64,000 nt of DNA from Candidatus Eiseniibacteriota bacterium (GTDB lineage Bacteria; Eisenbacteria; RBG-16-71-46; JABDJR01): NCBI GenBank assembly GCA_963783375.1, contig CAWANH010000028.1, positions 1,408,001-1,472,000 of the forward strand. Reading direction: 5' to 3'. Made by a program: the position numbers and the translations under genes. A model generated the notes under the pieces. The model was not told the origin of the DNA, ran no database searches, and worked only from the letters and a program-made list of their open reading frames with translations. Position 1 is the first letter of the stretch. Each line of letters starts with the position of its first letter. Shown in pieces: positions 12,909 through 22,009 of this stretch.

Positions 12909-13160
12909 GGTGTCTCTCCTTCCCGATGTGCGAACGATGGATGGATGTGCGGGCCGCCGGGGCCGGGGACGTGGCGCCGACGCTAGGAACAGATACGAAG
13001 ATGTTCATACCATGGATCGCGCCTGCATAATATTACATTTTTGTAATGCATTGAAAAAACAACGGTTACGCAAGCCGGTCCGCCTGCGGGCGAGGTCGTC
13101 TTTGGAAGACCGCCTGAAAGATTTCCGACACTTCGCAACTCTTGTCCTTGACCTTGCGTA

Positions 13161-13189
13161 TGTATCAATATGATATCATATCGGTATCA
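13161..13189 (+). promoter_or_regulatory. Putative RHH (Arc-like) operator, 11-bp periodic TGATATCA-like boxes
   Basis: tGTATCA-ata-TGATATCA-tat-cGGTATCA in an AT-rich stretch upstream of the SPFH-Arc operon. Confidence 0.55.
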
Positions 13190-13236
13190 AGCATCGGCGG
13201 TGCGTCTCCGCGACCGCCGTACATGGGAGGTGTGAG

Positions 13237-14103
13237 ATGGTTCGTGAACGTGAGGTCAAGTACAGCTCGGGTTACTTCGCGATCCTGGTGGGGTTCGCGC
13301 TCGGCGCCCTCGCCGTGACGATGTTCATCCACTCCATCAACCGGAGCGTACCCGAGCTCTTCGGCTCGTTCGGGGTGCTCTTGGTGGCGATCCTGGTGTT
13401 CGTGGGGCTCTTCCTGGTGAACCCGAACGAGGCCAAGGTGCTCCAGCTCTTCGGCAAGTACGTGGGGACGGCCCGGCAACCGGGGCTTCGCTGGGCCAAC
13501 CCGTTCTTCTCCAAGACCAAGATCTCCGCCCGGGTCCGGAACTTCGAGACCGGCAAGCTCAAGGTGAACGACAACACCGGAAACCCCATCGAGATCGCCT
13601 CGGTGGTGGTATGGCGGGTGGTGGACACCGCGGAAGCCATGTTCAACGTGAACGACTTCGAGGACTTCGTGCACGTCCAGAGCGAGGCGGCGCTTCGGAA
13701 CCTGGCCACCGGTTACGCCTACGTCTCCCACGAGGAGGAGAGCCAGTCGCTGAGCGGCCACACCGCCGAGGTCTCGGAAAAGCTCAAGGTGGAGATTCAG
13801 GACCGGCTGGCCCAGGCGGGGGTCGAGGTCCTCGAGGCGCGGATCAGCCACCTGGCCTACGCCCAGGAGATCGCCGCGGCCATGCTCCAGCGCCAGCAGG
13901 CCAGCGCGGTGGTGGCCGCCCGCCAGAAGATCGTCGAGGGCGCGGTGGGGATGGTGGAGACCGCCCTGGAGATGCTCTCCGAGAAGAAGGTCATCCACCT
14001 GGACGAGGAACGGAAGGCAACCATGGTCAGTAACCTCCTGGTCGTCCTGTGCAGCGACCGGCACACCCAACCCGTGATCAACACCGGCAGCCTCTACCAG
14101 TAG
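13237..14103 (+). CDS. SPFH/band 7 domain membrane protein
   Basis: Two N-terminal TM helices; GNPIEIA.VVVW; [22 protein letters not shown]. Confidence 0.92.
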   Translation: MVREREVKYSSGYFAILVGFALGALAVTMFIHSINRSVPELFGSFGVLLVAILVFVGLFLVNPNEAKVLQLFGKYVGTARQPGLRWANPFFSKTKISARVRNFETGKLKVNDNTGNPIEIASVVVWRVVDTAEAMFNVNDFEDFVHVQSEAALRNLATGYAYVSHEEESQSLSGHTAEVSEKLKVEIQDRLAQAGVEVLEARISHLAYAQEIAAAMLQRQQASAVVAARQKIVEGAVGMVETALEMLSEKKVIHLDEERKATMVSNLLVVLCSDRHTQPVINTGSLYQ

Positions 14104-14109
14104 GGCGTG

Positions 14110-14298
14110 ATGGCCGAGCGCAAGTCCTTTCCCCTCCGGGTGAGCCCGGAGATCTATGAGGCGCTCCGGGTGTGGGCGAACGACGAGCTGCGCAGCGTGA
14201 ACGCGCAGATCGAGTTTCTCCTCACCCGGGCGATTCGGGACGCCGGGCGGATGCCGGGACGGCGGGGGCCCCGGTCGGGGGATGCGCGGAAGGAGTGA
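14110..14298 (+). CDS. Arc-family ribbon-helix-helix DNA-binding protein
   Basis: RKSFPLRV...WANDELRSVNAQIEFLL, the usual partner of this SPFH type. Confidence 0.85.
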   Translation: MAERKSFPLRVSPEIYEALRVWANDELRSVNAQIEFLLTRAIRDAGRMPGRRGPRSGDARKE

Positions 14299-14370
14299 GG
14301 AGGGACGGCGGCACGCCGCTGCCCTGGGGGGGTGGCGGCGGGGTGCGCCGGGACCCGGCGGACACGCGAA

Positions 14371-14395
14371 ACGAGGCGCCTCGGTGGCGCCTCGT
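14371..14395. terminator. Hairpin between convergent genes
   Basis: ACGAGGCGCC-TCGGT-GGCGCCTCGT. Confidence 0.55.
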
Positions 14396-14459
14396 CTCGG
14401 AGCACGGATCGGATCACCAGCTCGCGCGCTGGAGTCGTCGTTCGATGTCCTTCAGGTTC

Positions 14460-15134
14460 TCAATGCTTGAAGCGGCGCCGGCTTCCCCACGCGGCAAGGA
14501 GTCCTCCCCCCAGGAGGAGCAGGGTCGAGGGTTCCGGGACCTCGGGGACGGAGCTCTCGTTGGGCCGCTGGGCCACGAGGAAAGGCTGGTTGAAGCCGCC
14601 GTTGTCGCGGAGCCCGTAGCTCAGCACGTTCGTGCCGCCGTCTCCGGCCACGTACCCGCCGTAGAAGTCCAGGAAGTCCCGCTGGTCGGTGAGCTCGTCC
14701 GCCAGGCAGCTCTGAAACGCCGTCGAGGTGCGGGGGATGTTGAACGCCTGGGCGAAACTCAAGCCGTCCTGGTCGTTGGAGGTGGTGAACCCCGACGGGA
14801 CCCAGGCCGGCTGGGGGCTGGGGTCGTAGCGGTCGAAGTAGTCGCCCATAGGATCCAGCAGTTCGTTGGCGAAGCGGCCCCAGCCGACTCCGGTGAGATT
14901 GGTCAGGTGCTTGTTGAGGGTGTAGTCCACGCCGGCGGCAAGGCCTGTGAACTCGAGGAAGCCGTAGCCCTGGGCCCCCCAGGTTTCGTAGACGTCGATG
15001 GTGTTGCCGCTCACCGAGTACGTCATGCTGGTGATGCCGACGTTGCTCGAATAGAGCGTCACGGTCACGGCCTGGGCGGGAACCGCCCCCAGAATTACCA
15101 GGGCGGCGCCCAAGACCAGAATCCTGGTTCGCAT
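14460..15134 (-). CDS. PEP-CTERM sorting domain protein
   Basis: Signal peptide (AQA-V) and C-terminal VPEPSTLLLLGGGLLAAWGSRRR. Confidence 0.93.
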   Translation of the reverse strand: MRTRILVLGAALVILGAVPAQAVTVTLYSSNVGITSMTYSVSGNTIDVYETWGAQGYGFLEFTGLAAGVDYTLNKHLTNLTGVGWGRFANELLDPMGDYFDRYDPSPQPAWVPSGFTTSNDQDGLSFAQAFNIPRTSTAFQSCLADELTDQRDFLDFYGGYVAGDGGTNVLSYGLRDNGGFNQPFLVAQRPNESSVPEVPEPSTLLLLGGGLLAAWGSRRRFKH

Positions 15135-15201
15135 GACGATCATCTCCTTGCGCGAGGATGGGTAATCCGCCCTGACAGCGCACGTGCCCGCTGGCTGATA
15201 T

Positions 15202-15217
15202 TGCAATCCGCGGGCCA
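15202..15217 (-). promoter_or_regulatory. Sigma-54 -24/-12 promoter of the PEP-CTERM gene
   Basis: TGGCCCG-CGGA-TTGCA on the minus strand, about 70 bp upstream of the ATG. Confidence 0.75.
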
Positions 15218-15306
15218 TCGGAGCAGAAAAGGTGCAGCTCTAACCCGATTCTGAACAACCGCTTAGGAATTGGTAGTAAATCAATCACTACAGTCTCCCT
15301 GAAAGT

Positions 15307-15323
15307 TGTAATCAATCTCGACA
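15307..15323. promoter_or_regulatory. TGT-N11-ACA enhancer-like site (PEP-CTERM box type)
   Basis: TGT-AATCAATCTCG-ACA about 90 bp upstream of the sigma-54 site. Confidence 0.55.
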
Positions 15324-15982
15324 ATGCGGGTCGATCAGGGCAAGTTCTTGAGCCAGCTAAATACTTAACGCTATGATTGTATGCGTGTTACTGGTGTTCT
15401 GGGTTCAGCATCGTTCCCATCTAAATTCGTAAACTTTGGAGACGGCTCGAATCCCCTAGGTAACCCGTGTTGCCGATGTGGGTTGTGGGCTCCCTGGTCC
15501 GGGGTAGGGTCCGGGGCCCCAGAGGGGAAGCACCCTAGGCTGCGGGTTGACCCCAGTGACCGCTTCCCCCTCCCGTAAGCACAGCAGATCCGCCCAGAGT
15601 GAGGACGCCCCGCGGCCGCGGTTTGGCGCGGCGAAGGGCGACTCACCTACCTCGACATACCGATGCTCGCCTCTCCGGTTTCCCGGCGTGAACGCTCCCT
15701 CTTCATCCAGCATGGAGGTTGCGATCGTGCTTTCGCCCCGGACTCGACTTCGGCCGGCCGGTTTTCGATGACTCGAGGTAGACCAGACTCTCCCGGGACC
15801 GTGCACGATCAGGCACGCATTCAGGACCATGCAACTCACCTTTCAAGGCGCCGTTTGTTACGAAGCTTTCGAGCGGACCGGGTAAAATAGCGGGGTAGAC
15901 CGGGGTCGCGCGGGGGGCTTGTGTCGCCTGAGGCACCCGCAGGGTAGAAGGGATCGCGCTTCGGCGCGCACAGGGAGGATGC

Positions 15983-17182
15983 ATGAAGTCGAACAACCTG
16001 GGATTTACTTCCAAGCTCGTTCACGCGGGAACCGAAAAGGACCCGATGGGAAGCGTGGTCACGCCGATCTACCAGACGTCCACCTTCGCGTTCGAGAACA
16101 CGCAGCAGGGAGCGGATCGATTTGCGGGCCGGGATGACGGTTTCATCTACACCCGGATCGGAAACCCCACCATCCGCGCTCTCGAGGACTGCGTGGCCGC
16201 GCTGGAGGAGGGGGTCGGGGGAGTGGCCACCAGTTCGGGGATGGGGGCGGTGAACACCGTGTGCATGGCCCTTCTCGAGACCGGCTCCCACGTGGTCAGC
16301 ACCGCCTCGGTCTACGGTCCCTCGCGGACGTTGATGGAGAAGCATCTGCGGAAGTTCGGAATCTCGGCCACGTTCGTGGATACCTCGGATCTTCAGGCCG
16401 TCCGCGACTCCCTCCGGCCGGAGACCCGCCTGGTGTACGTGGAGACGCCGTCCAACCCGATGATGCAGGTCACGGACATCGAGGCGATGGCCGCGCTCGC
16501 CCACGAGCACGGCGCGCTCCTGGCCGTGGACAGCACCTTCGCCTCGCCCTACCTCCAGAAGCCGTTGCTCCTGGGCGCGGACGTCGTCCTGCATTCGGTG
16601 ACCAAGTTCATCAACGGGCACGCCGATGTGGTGGGGGGGATCCTGGTGGCTCGTGACGAAGCCGTGCTCCGGCAGCTGCGGAACGTGATGGTGCTCACCG
16701 GGTGCAACATGGACCCGCACCAGGCGTACCTCGTCCACCGCGGAATCAAGACGCTGTCGCTGAGGATCGAGCGGTCCCAGGCCAACGCGGGGACGATCGC
16801 CCGGTGGCTCGAATCCCGCCCGGAGATCTCCTGGGTCCGCTACGGCGGCCTTCCCTCGCATCCCCAGTACGATCTGGGCCGGCGGCAGATGAAGGGCCCG
16901 GGCTCGATGATCAGCTTCGAATTGAAAGGCGGGCTGGAGGCCGGTATCCAGCTCATGAACAACGTGCATCTGGCCGCCCTGGCCGTCTCCCTGGGCGGGG
17001 TGGAGAGCCTGATCGAGCATCCGGCGTCCATGACCCACGCCGGCGTTCCCCGGGCCGACCGGGTGGAAGCCGGGATCACCGACGGCCTGGTGCGCTACTC
17101 GGTGGGCATCGAGGAACCCGTCGATCTCATCGCGGACCTCGAGCAGGCCCTGGAAGCCGTGCTCGAGCCCGCGGAGACCTAG
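15983..17182 (+). CDS. Methionine gamma-lyase / trans-sulfuration PLP enzyme
   Basis: PIYQTSTF, YTRIGNPT, SSGMGA, ETPSNP, HSVTKFINGH, AVSLGGVESL. Confidence 0.92.
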   Translation: MKSNNLGFTSKLVHAGTEKDPMGSVVTPIYQTSTFAFENTQQGADRFAGRDDGFIYTRIGNPTIRALEDCVAALEEGVGGVATSSGMGAVNTVCMALLETGSHVVSTASVYGPSRTLMEKHLRKFGISATFVDTSDLQAVRDSLRPETRLVYVETPSNPMMQVTDIEAMAALAHEHGALLAVDSTFASPYLQKPLLLGADVVLHSVTKFINGHADVVGGILVARDEAVLRQLRNVMVLTGCNMDPHQAYLVHRGIKTLSLRIERSQANAGTIARWLESRPEISWVRYGGLPSHPQYDLGRRQMKGPGSMISFELKGGLEAGIQLMNNVHLAALAVSLGGVESLIEHPASMTHAGVPRADRVEAGITDGLVRYSVGIEEPVDLIADLEQALEAVLEPAET

Positions 17183-17399
17183 ACGAGGGTCCGGACGGCG
17201 CTCTTGGGAACCCGCCGGATGGCGGAGGGGGACGCCGCCGGCGCAGCGAAGACCGCCTTCACCCCTGGCGCCCGGCCACGCGGTTCGTGGTCGGGCAGAC
17301 GTGCCGATGCAGGGACCGCTCATCCGGGCCGCCGGATGGCGCCACCTCGCCGCGCACGGTCACCAACCAGAATCGAGCCCGTAGCTTGGAAACCCCCAG

Positions 17400-18280
17400 A
17401 TGAAGGCGCTTGTCGTGTTGAACCGGGCGGCCGGGCAGGAAGCCCACCAATCGGTGCGGGTGGCGCTCGGCCGGCGGTTCGGGGCCTCCCCGATCCGGTA
17501 CGTGGTCCACGAGACCGTGAAGGACGAGAAGACCGGTGAGATCGTGCGGGCCCGCCTGGGGGATGGCTTCGATCTGGTCGTGGCCGCGGGGGGGACGGGA
17601 CGGTTTCCGACGTCATCGATGGACTGGTGGGAACCACGGTCCCGCTCGGAATCATCCCGACCGGGACCGGGAACCTGATTGCCCGCGAGCTCGGTATTCC
17701 AACCGACGTCGACGATGCGGTCGCCCTCATCACCGCCCCCCACCGGTCGAGAAGCATCGACGCGATGCGGATCGGCGAGCGTGTGTTCATCCTGAACGTC
17801 AGTGTCGGGGTCAGCGCATCCGTCATCGGAGGCACGACGCCCAAGTACAAGAGCCGCTTCGGCCGCGTCGCCTATACCTGGACCGTCATTTCGAAGCTCT
17901 TCACGTTGAGGCCTCGGCGCCTCACCGTCGCGGTAGACGGTACCGCCCATGAGTATCACGCGTTCGAGGTGGCGGTCATGAACTGCGGGATCCTCGCCAA
18001 GATGCTGTATCCGAAGGGGCCCGAGATCAGCATCGACGACGGTCGTCTGGACGTTCTGGTCCTCGGGATCAGGACCATTCGCGACTATCCCCGCTACGTT
18101 CTCGGTGTCGTCTCGGGCCGGAGGCCGGACATCGTGTCGCGTTTCCTCACCGCGGAAAGAAGCGTCACCATCCGGAGCGCCCAGCCGGTGCCGGTGCAGG
18201 CCGACGGGGACATGATCGGTAGCAGCCCGATCGAGATCGAACTATTGAGGGGTGCGGTCAGCGTGCTCGTACCGCTTTGA
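17400..18280 (+). pseudogene. Diacylglycerol/lipid kinase family protein, frameshifted at a poly-G run (~17587-17600)
   Basis: MKALVVLN...VVAAGG, then GIIPTGTGNLIARELG...QADGD in another frame. Confidence 0.8.
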
Positions 18281-18393
18281 AAGCGGGCGCGGGTGCCCTC
18301 CGACCCGCGCCCGGCACTTCCCTTGCACCGCCCGGCCGCGCCGTCACGTGATTTCCGGCACCCTCATGGCCGCGACGTGAACGGCCTTGTCGC

Positions 18394-18753
18394 CTAGGAC
18401 GGCTTGCCCTTCAGGGCGAGAATCGTCGGGGCCACCAGGCCGATGAGGACGCCGGCCCCGACTGCGATCCCCAGGGCCATGAGCGGGTGGCTCACAACCC
18501 GGCTACGGAAAGCCGTGGTCGCGAGCCTGTCGTGCGCCCTCGCCGTCCGGATCGTGATCCGTCCGGTTTCCTTGACCGCGGCCGCTCCGGAGTCGGCCAC
18601 CTGGCGTGCATCCTTGGCCATTCTGACGAAGTCGCTCTGCAGCCGTCCGAAATCCATGCCGAGTGTCTGCATGTTGCTCGGGGGTTGTGTTGCGCTGGTG
18701 GGTCCGCCGTCGGTCCCCGGCTCGCTCGTGGTCAAAGTACTCGCCTTCGGCAA
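18394..18753 (-). CDS. DUF883/ElaB-YqjD-like tail-anchored protein
   Basis: Helical body and C-terminal HPLMALGIAVGAGVLIG; start uncertain. Confidence 0.6.
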   Translation of the reverse strand: MPKASTLTTSEPGTDGGPTSATQPPSNMQTLGMDFGRLQSDFVRMAKDARQVADSGAAAVKETGRITIRTARAHDRLATTAFRSRVVSHPLMALGIAVGAGVLIGLVAPTILALKGKPS

Positions 18754-18882
18754 GGAGTGCCTCTTCGTTCCGCGCGTTCATGGGCCGAGCACGCTGTCTA
18801 CCGTCTCCTGGGGCACCCGCGACTGCCCCCCGCTCCCTCGACGCAGCCCTCTCCGCGTCGGCGGTGACCGACGAACGGCCGC

Positions 18883-19911
18883 CTACGGCTTGACCGGGTT
18901 TTCAAGGACGATTTCGACTCGCCGGTTGTTGGCCCGCCCCTCGCTGGTGGCGTTGCTGGCAATCGGGTGTTCCTCGCCCATTCCGTTCGCCTGCACGCGA
19001 CCCGACGGATAGCCCTTGTGAATGAAGTAGTTGCGAACGGCGTCCGCGCGCCGCTGCGACAGCTCTTGATTGTATTGATCGGACCCCTGGGAATCGGTGT
19101 AGCCCTCTACCACGATGTTGCGATCGGGGATCGAGACCAGGGCGGCGACGACCTGATCGAGCTTCGACTCAGCGCCGGGCATGAGCCGGGCCTCACCCGA
19201 GCGGAAGAGCACGGTTCCCGAAAGGGTGATGATCATCCCGCGGGCCTCTTCCCTGACCGCGGCGAGCTTTGCGAGCGCGGCCTGGGCATCGGCCGCCTGC
19301 TTCTCGGCCTGGGCCCGGGCGCTCTGCTCCGCTTCGAGTTGAGCCTGAGTCGCCTGGCCGCTCTGTTCCGAGAGCGCCAACGCGGTCCGGGTCTGGTTCA
19401 GATCCTGCGCCACCCCTTGGGTCCGCATGCGTTCCGCCGCGGCCTTGTCATCCGCGACCGCCCGGGCCCTCTTCTCGGCCGCGAGTTGCGTCGCCGTCTC
19501 CTGGCGGTTCTGCTCCGACGCCGCGAGTGCGGTCTGCGTCCGGTTCAGGTCTTCGGTCTTCTCCTGGAGAAGATTCCCTTGAGTGGCCTGATAGGCCTTG
19601 TCCGCCTGCGCCGTGCGCGCCTGCTCGATGGCGATGGATGCCTGCGCCTCGGCGATCTCGGCCTTCCGCTGGGCTACATAAGCGAGGTCGCGGGTACGGT
19701 ACGACTTGGCGTCCTTGGAGAAGGATGCCTCGGCCTGGGCCAGCGCCTTCTCCGCGGTGTGCAGGTCCGCGGGGGCCATCTGGGCCGCCGGTCCCTCGCT
19801 GGCATGAGCGTAAGCCAGGCGCGCACTGGTGAGTTCGCTGGGGACGGTGGCGGCACAGCCGAAGAAGGAGGCTGCACACGCGATGGCGATCAATGCTCCG
19901 GTGATTCTCAT
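18883..19911 (-). CDS. OmpA family lipoprotein with DUF4398-like and coiled-coil N-terminus
   Basis: Lipobox FFGC; EGYTDSQG, NQELSQRRA, NRRVEI. Confidence 0.92.
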   Translation of the reverse strand: MRITGALIAIACAASFFGCAATVPSELTSARLAYAHASEGPAAQMAPADLHTAEKALAQAEASFSKDAKSYRTRDLAYVAQRKAEIAEAQASIAIEQARTAQADKAYQATQGNLLQEKTEDLNRTQTALAASEQNRQETATQLAAEKRARAVADDKAAAERMRTQGVAQDLNQTRTALALSEQSGQATQAQLEAEQSARAQAEKQAADAQAALAKLAAVREEARGMIITLSGTVLFRSGEARLMPGAESKLDQVVAALVSIPDRNIVVEGYTDSQGSDQYNQELSQRRADAVRNYFIHKGYPSGRVQANGMGEEHPIASNATSEGRANNRRVEIVLENPVKP

Positions 19912-19931
19912 GAGATGCCCCTTCCGGGTGG

Positions 19932-20285
19932 TCATCGGTTATCGTTCTGAAGCTGGCGCACCCGCGCCATGGCCTCGGCGGCCGCCGTCTGCTCGGTCTG
20001 CTCCTTGGAGAGCAGGGCGGCCAGTTCCGCGTCAGCCTCGGCCCGCAGCAGCATCGAGTCAGCCTTGTCCTTGTCGCCCTTGTCCGCCAGGCTCTTGGCC
20101 TGAGCCAGCTCTTCCCTTGCAAGCTGCAAGTGGAGTGCGGCCTGGGGAACGTCCTTGGCTCCGACCGCCTCCGCCGTGCTTATGGCCGACGTGGACGACT
20201 CGGTTTGCAGGGGAGGATCACTGCCCGCGCAGCCGGCGGCGACGAATGCGAAGAGAAGAGCTCCGTACGTCAATCTGAATCTCAT
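19932..20285 (-). CDS. DUF4398-like lipoprotein
   Basis: Lipobox AAGC; RAEADAELA; usual upstream partner of this OmpA type. Confidence 0.8.
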   Translation of the reverse strand: MRFRLTYGALLFAFVAAGCAGSDPPLQTESSTSAISTAEAVGAKDVPQAALHLQLAREELAQAKSLADKGDKDKADSMLLRAEADAELAALLSKEQTEQTAAAEAMARVRQLQNDNR

Positions 20286-20317
20286 TCGGATTTCCTTCCT
20301 TACCGCCCATGGTGGCG

Positions 20318-20974
20318 TCAGAAGTTGTAGCCCAGCGCCAGCGTGGTGGTGAAACCGTTCAACTCGAATCCGTTCAGGGTGTATTCGGTATCGTTCAGCT
20401 TGATCTTCTGATCGCCGAACGACGGGTTGGCCCAGACGTAACGCCCTTCAACTCCCACGAAGAATGCGGGGCTTACGTTGACGTTGAGACCGACTCCGGT
20501 ATGAAGCCCGAAGGTCGTGCTTCCGTTGAACGTGTTGAGATTGTTGCTGACATCGACCTTCGTGAAATAGGCGCCGATGCCCAGCTCACCGTAGGGGTCG
20601 ACCGGTCCCGCCGGCATGAAGGCCTTGGCCGAAACCAGGACCGGAACCACGTCGAAGTCGACCTGATCACTGGTTGCGAGCGGGCCCGTTCCCGCGACGG
20701 AGCCCGTACCCCGGAAGTATCCGATGCCCAGCTCGAGGGCGAAGGTGGGAAGGAAGAAGTGCCCGATGGCGAGTTCCCCGTCCACGCCGGTTCTGGTATT
20801 GCTGTCGAAGGTGGTCTCGACGTTGACATTCGAGAGATTGAAGGACTTGCTGGGCGAGTAGATGCCGCCTTTGAGGGCAACATAGCTGCCGAGCCGGCCG
20901 GCCTCGGAAGCCCGGGGCGCAAGACCGATCACGCTGAAGATGATCAACAAGGCCAAAGAGGATTTCGTCCTCAT
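20318..20974 (-). CDS. Outer membrane beta-barrel protein (8-strand type)
   Basis: Signal peptide, alternating strands, PYGELGIG, terminal LGYNF beta-signal. Confidence 0.85.
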   Translation of the reverse strand: MRTKSSLALLIIFSVIGLAPRASEAGRLGSYVALKGGIYSPSKSFNLSNVNVETTFDSNTRTGVDGELAIGHFFLPTFALELGIGYFRGTGSVAGTGPLATSDQVDFDVVPVLVSAKAFMPAGPVDPYGELGIGAYFTKVDVSNNLNTFNGSTTFGLHTGVGLNVNVSPAFFVGVEGRYVWANPSFGDQKIKLNDTEYTLNGFELNGFTTTLALGYNF

Positions 20975-21127
20975 GGTCGCTCCTTTTGAGGCAACGCGTG
21001 AGTTGCGTCGCCGGGGGCTCCATTCAGGAGCCCTTCGCGGGGGGGATGCCGTGAGGTCAGCGCCGCCTGTTCTCAATCGCAGGCTTGGCGTGCCGCGCTC
21101 CATTCTCCCCGCACGCAGCATTCGTTG

Positions 21128-21143
21128 AGCAATTCGCGTGCCG
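21128..21143 (-). promoter_or_regulatory. Sigma-54 promoter for the OMP-DUF4398-OmpA operon
   Basis: CGGCACG-CGAA-TTGCT on the minus strand. Confidence 0.65.
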
Positions 21144-21456
21144 GGTGGGAGACCGCATAAGAATCAATACGGCAACCACTTGGAAACGAGGGGGTCCGGC
21201 TTGGTCCATCAAAACGATGGGGTGAGCATCATTGTGATGCGGGTCGGGATGCCGCGGTGGGGCGGAAACCTGATCCCGAACGGCACGAACAACGGGTGGT
21301 CCGGCGGTCGACCGGGGGCCTGGTCGCGGGCAGTTCGGCGATGGCAAAGCCGGTTCACTCCTTGAGGTTGACCCTCATCCGGCGTCGTCGGGATGCTTCA
21401 GGCGTCCGGGGTTGGGGGTTGCGTTCCAACGAGTGGATTACGGGGCAAGGCCGTCC

Positions 21457-21472
21457 CGGCACACTGGTTGCA
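21457..21472 (+). promoter_or_regulatory. Sigma-54 promoter for the PA2779-like/peptidase operon
   Basis: CGGCACA-CTGG-TTGCA. Confidence 0.65.
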
Positions 21473-21596
21473 GTACCGGATGGTGATCCAATCACGAAGG
21501 GCGCCGGTTCAAGGAGGACCGGGGCGCCCCGCCCGAAAGCATGCCGGGGTCGCTCCCGGACAAGGCTTCGGCCCAACCAAGAAATTGGAGCATCTC

Positions 21597-21998
21597 ATGA
21601 GAATGTACCAAAGGGTCACGTTGGCCTTCATTACCGCCGGGGTGGTTGCGGTCGGCGCCGCAGGGTCCTGCCTTGCGGGAGAGCCGCAACGCAACGTCGT
21701 CGGCGACCAGGAGATCCAGGCCACGATCGACCAGCAAGTCGGCCAGGCCGACGCCGACCGGCTGGCGATTCAGGTCCTGTTGCAACGGGAGGATGTCAGC
21801 CGGATCGCCGGGTCGGCCGGATTGGATCTGGAGCGGGCCAGCGCCGCCGCCGCCGGCCTGTCGGGACCCGACCTGGAAAGGCTGGCGGCTCAGGCCAGAG
21901 GGATCAATGAAGGGTTTGCGGGCGGAGACGGCACCGTCGTGCTTTCCACGACCGCGATCATCATCATTCTGCTGATTCTGATTCTTCTCCTGAACTGA
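21597..21998 (+). CDS. PA2779-family-like protein
   Basis: Signal peptide, helical body, AGG-D then hydrophobic tail IIIILLILILLLN. Confidence 0.75.
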   Translation: MRMYQRVTLAFITAGVVAVGAAGSCLAGEPQRNVVGDQEIQATIDQQVGQADADRLAIQVLLQREDVSRIAGSAGLDLERASAAAAGLSGPDLERLAAQARGINEGFAGGDGTVVLSTTAIIIILLILILLLN

Positions 21999-22009
21999 AC
22001 TCTTCGATC

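Noticed and set aside
15700-15980. SAM riboswitch upstream of Met gamma-lyase
   Set aside because: SAM-I core motifs not found
17580-17600. Phase-variable poly-G tract in the lipid kinase
   Set aside because: Similar frameshifts at 22690-22790 and ~53850 point to sequencing indels; cannot be separated without reads
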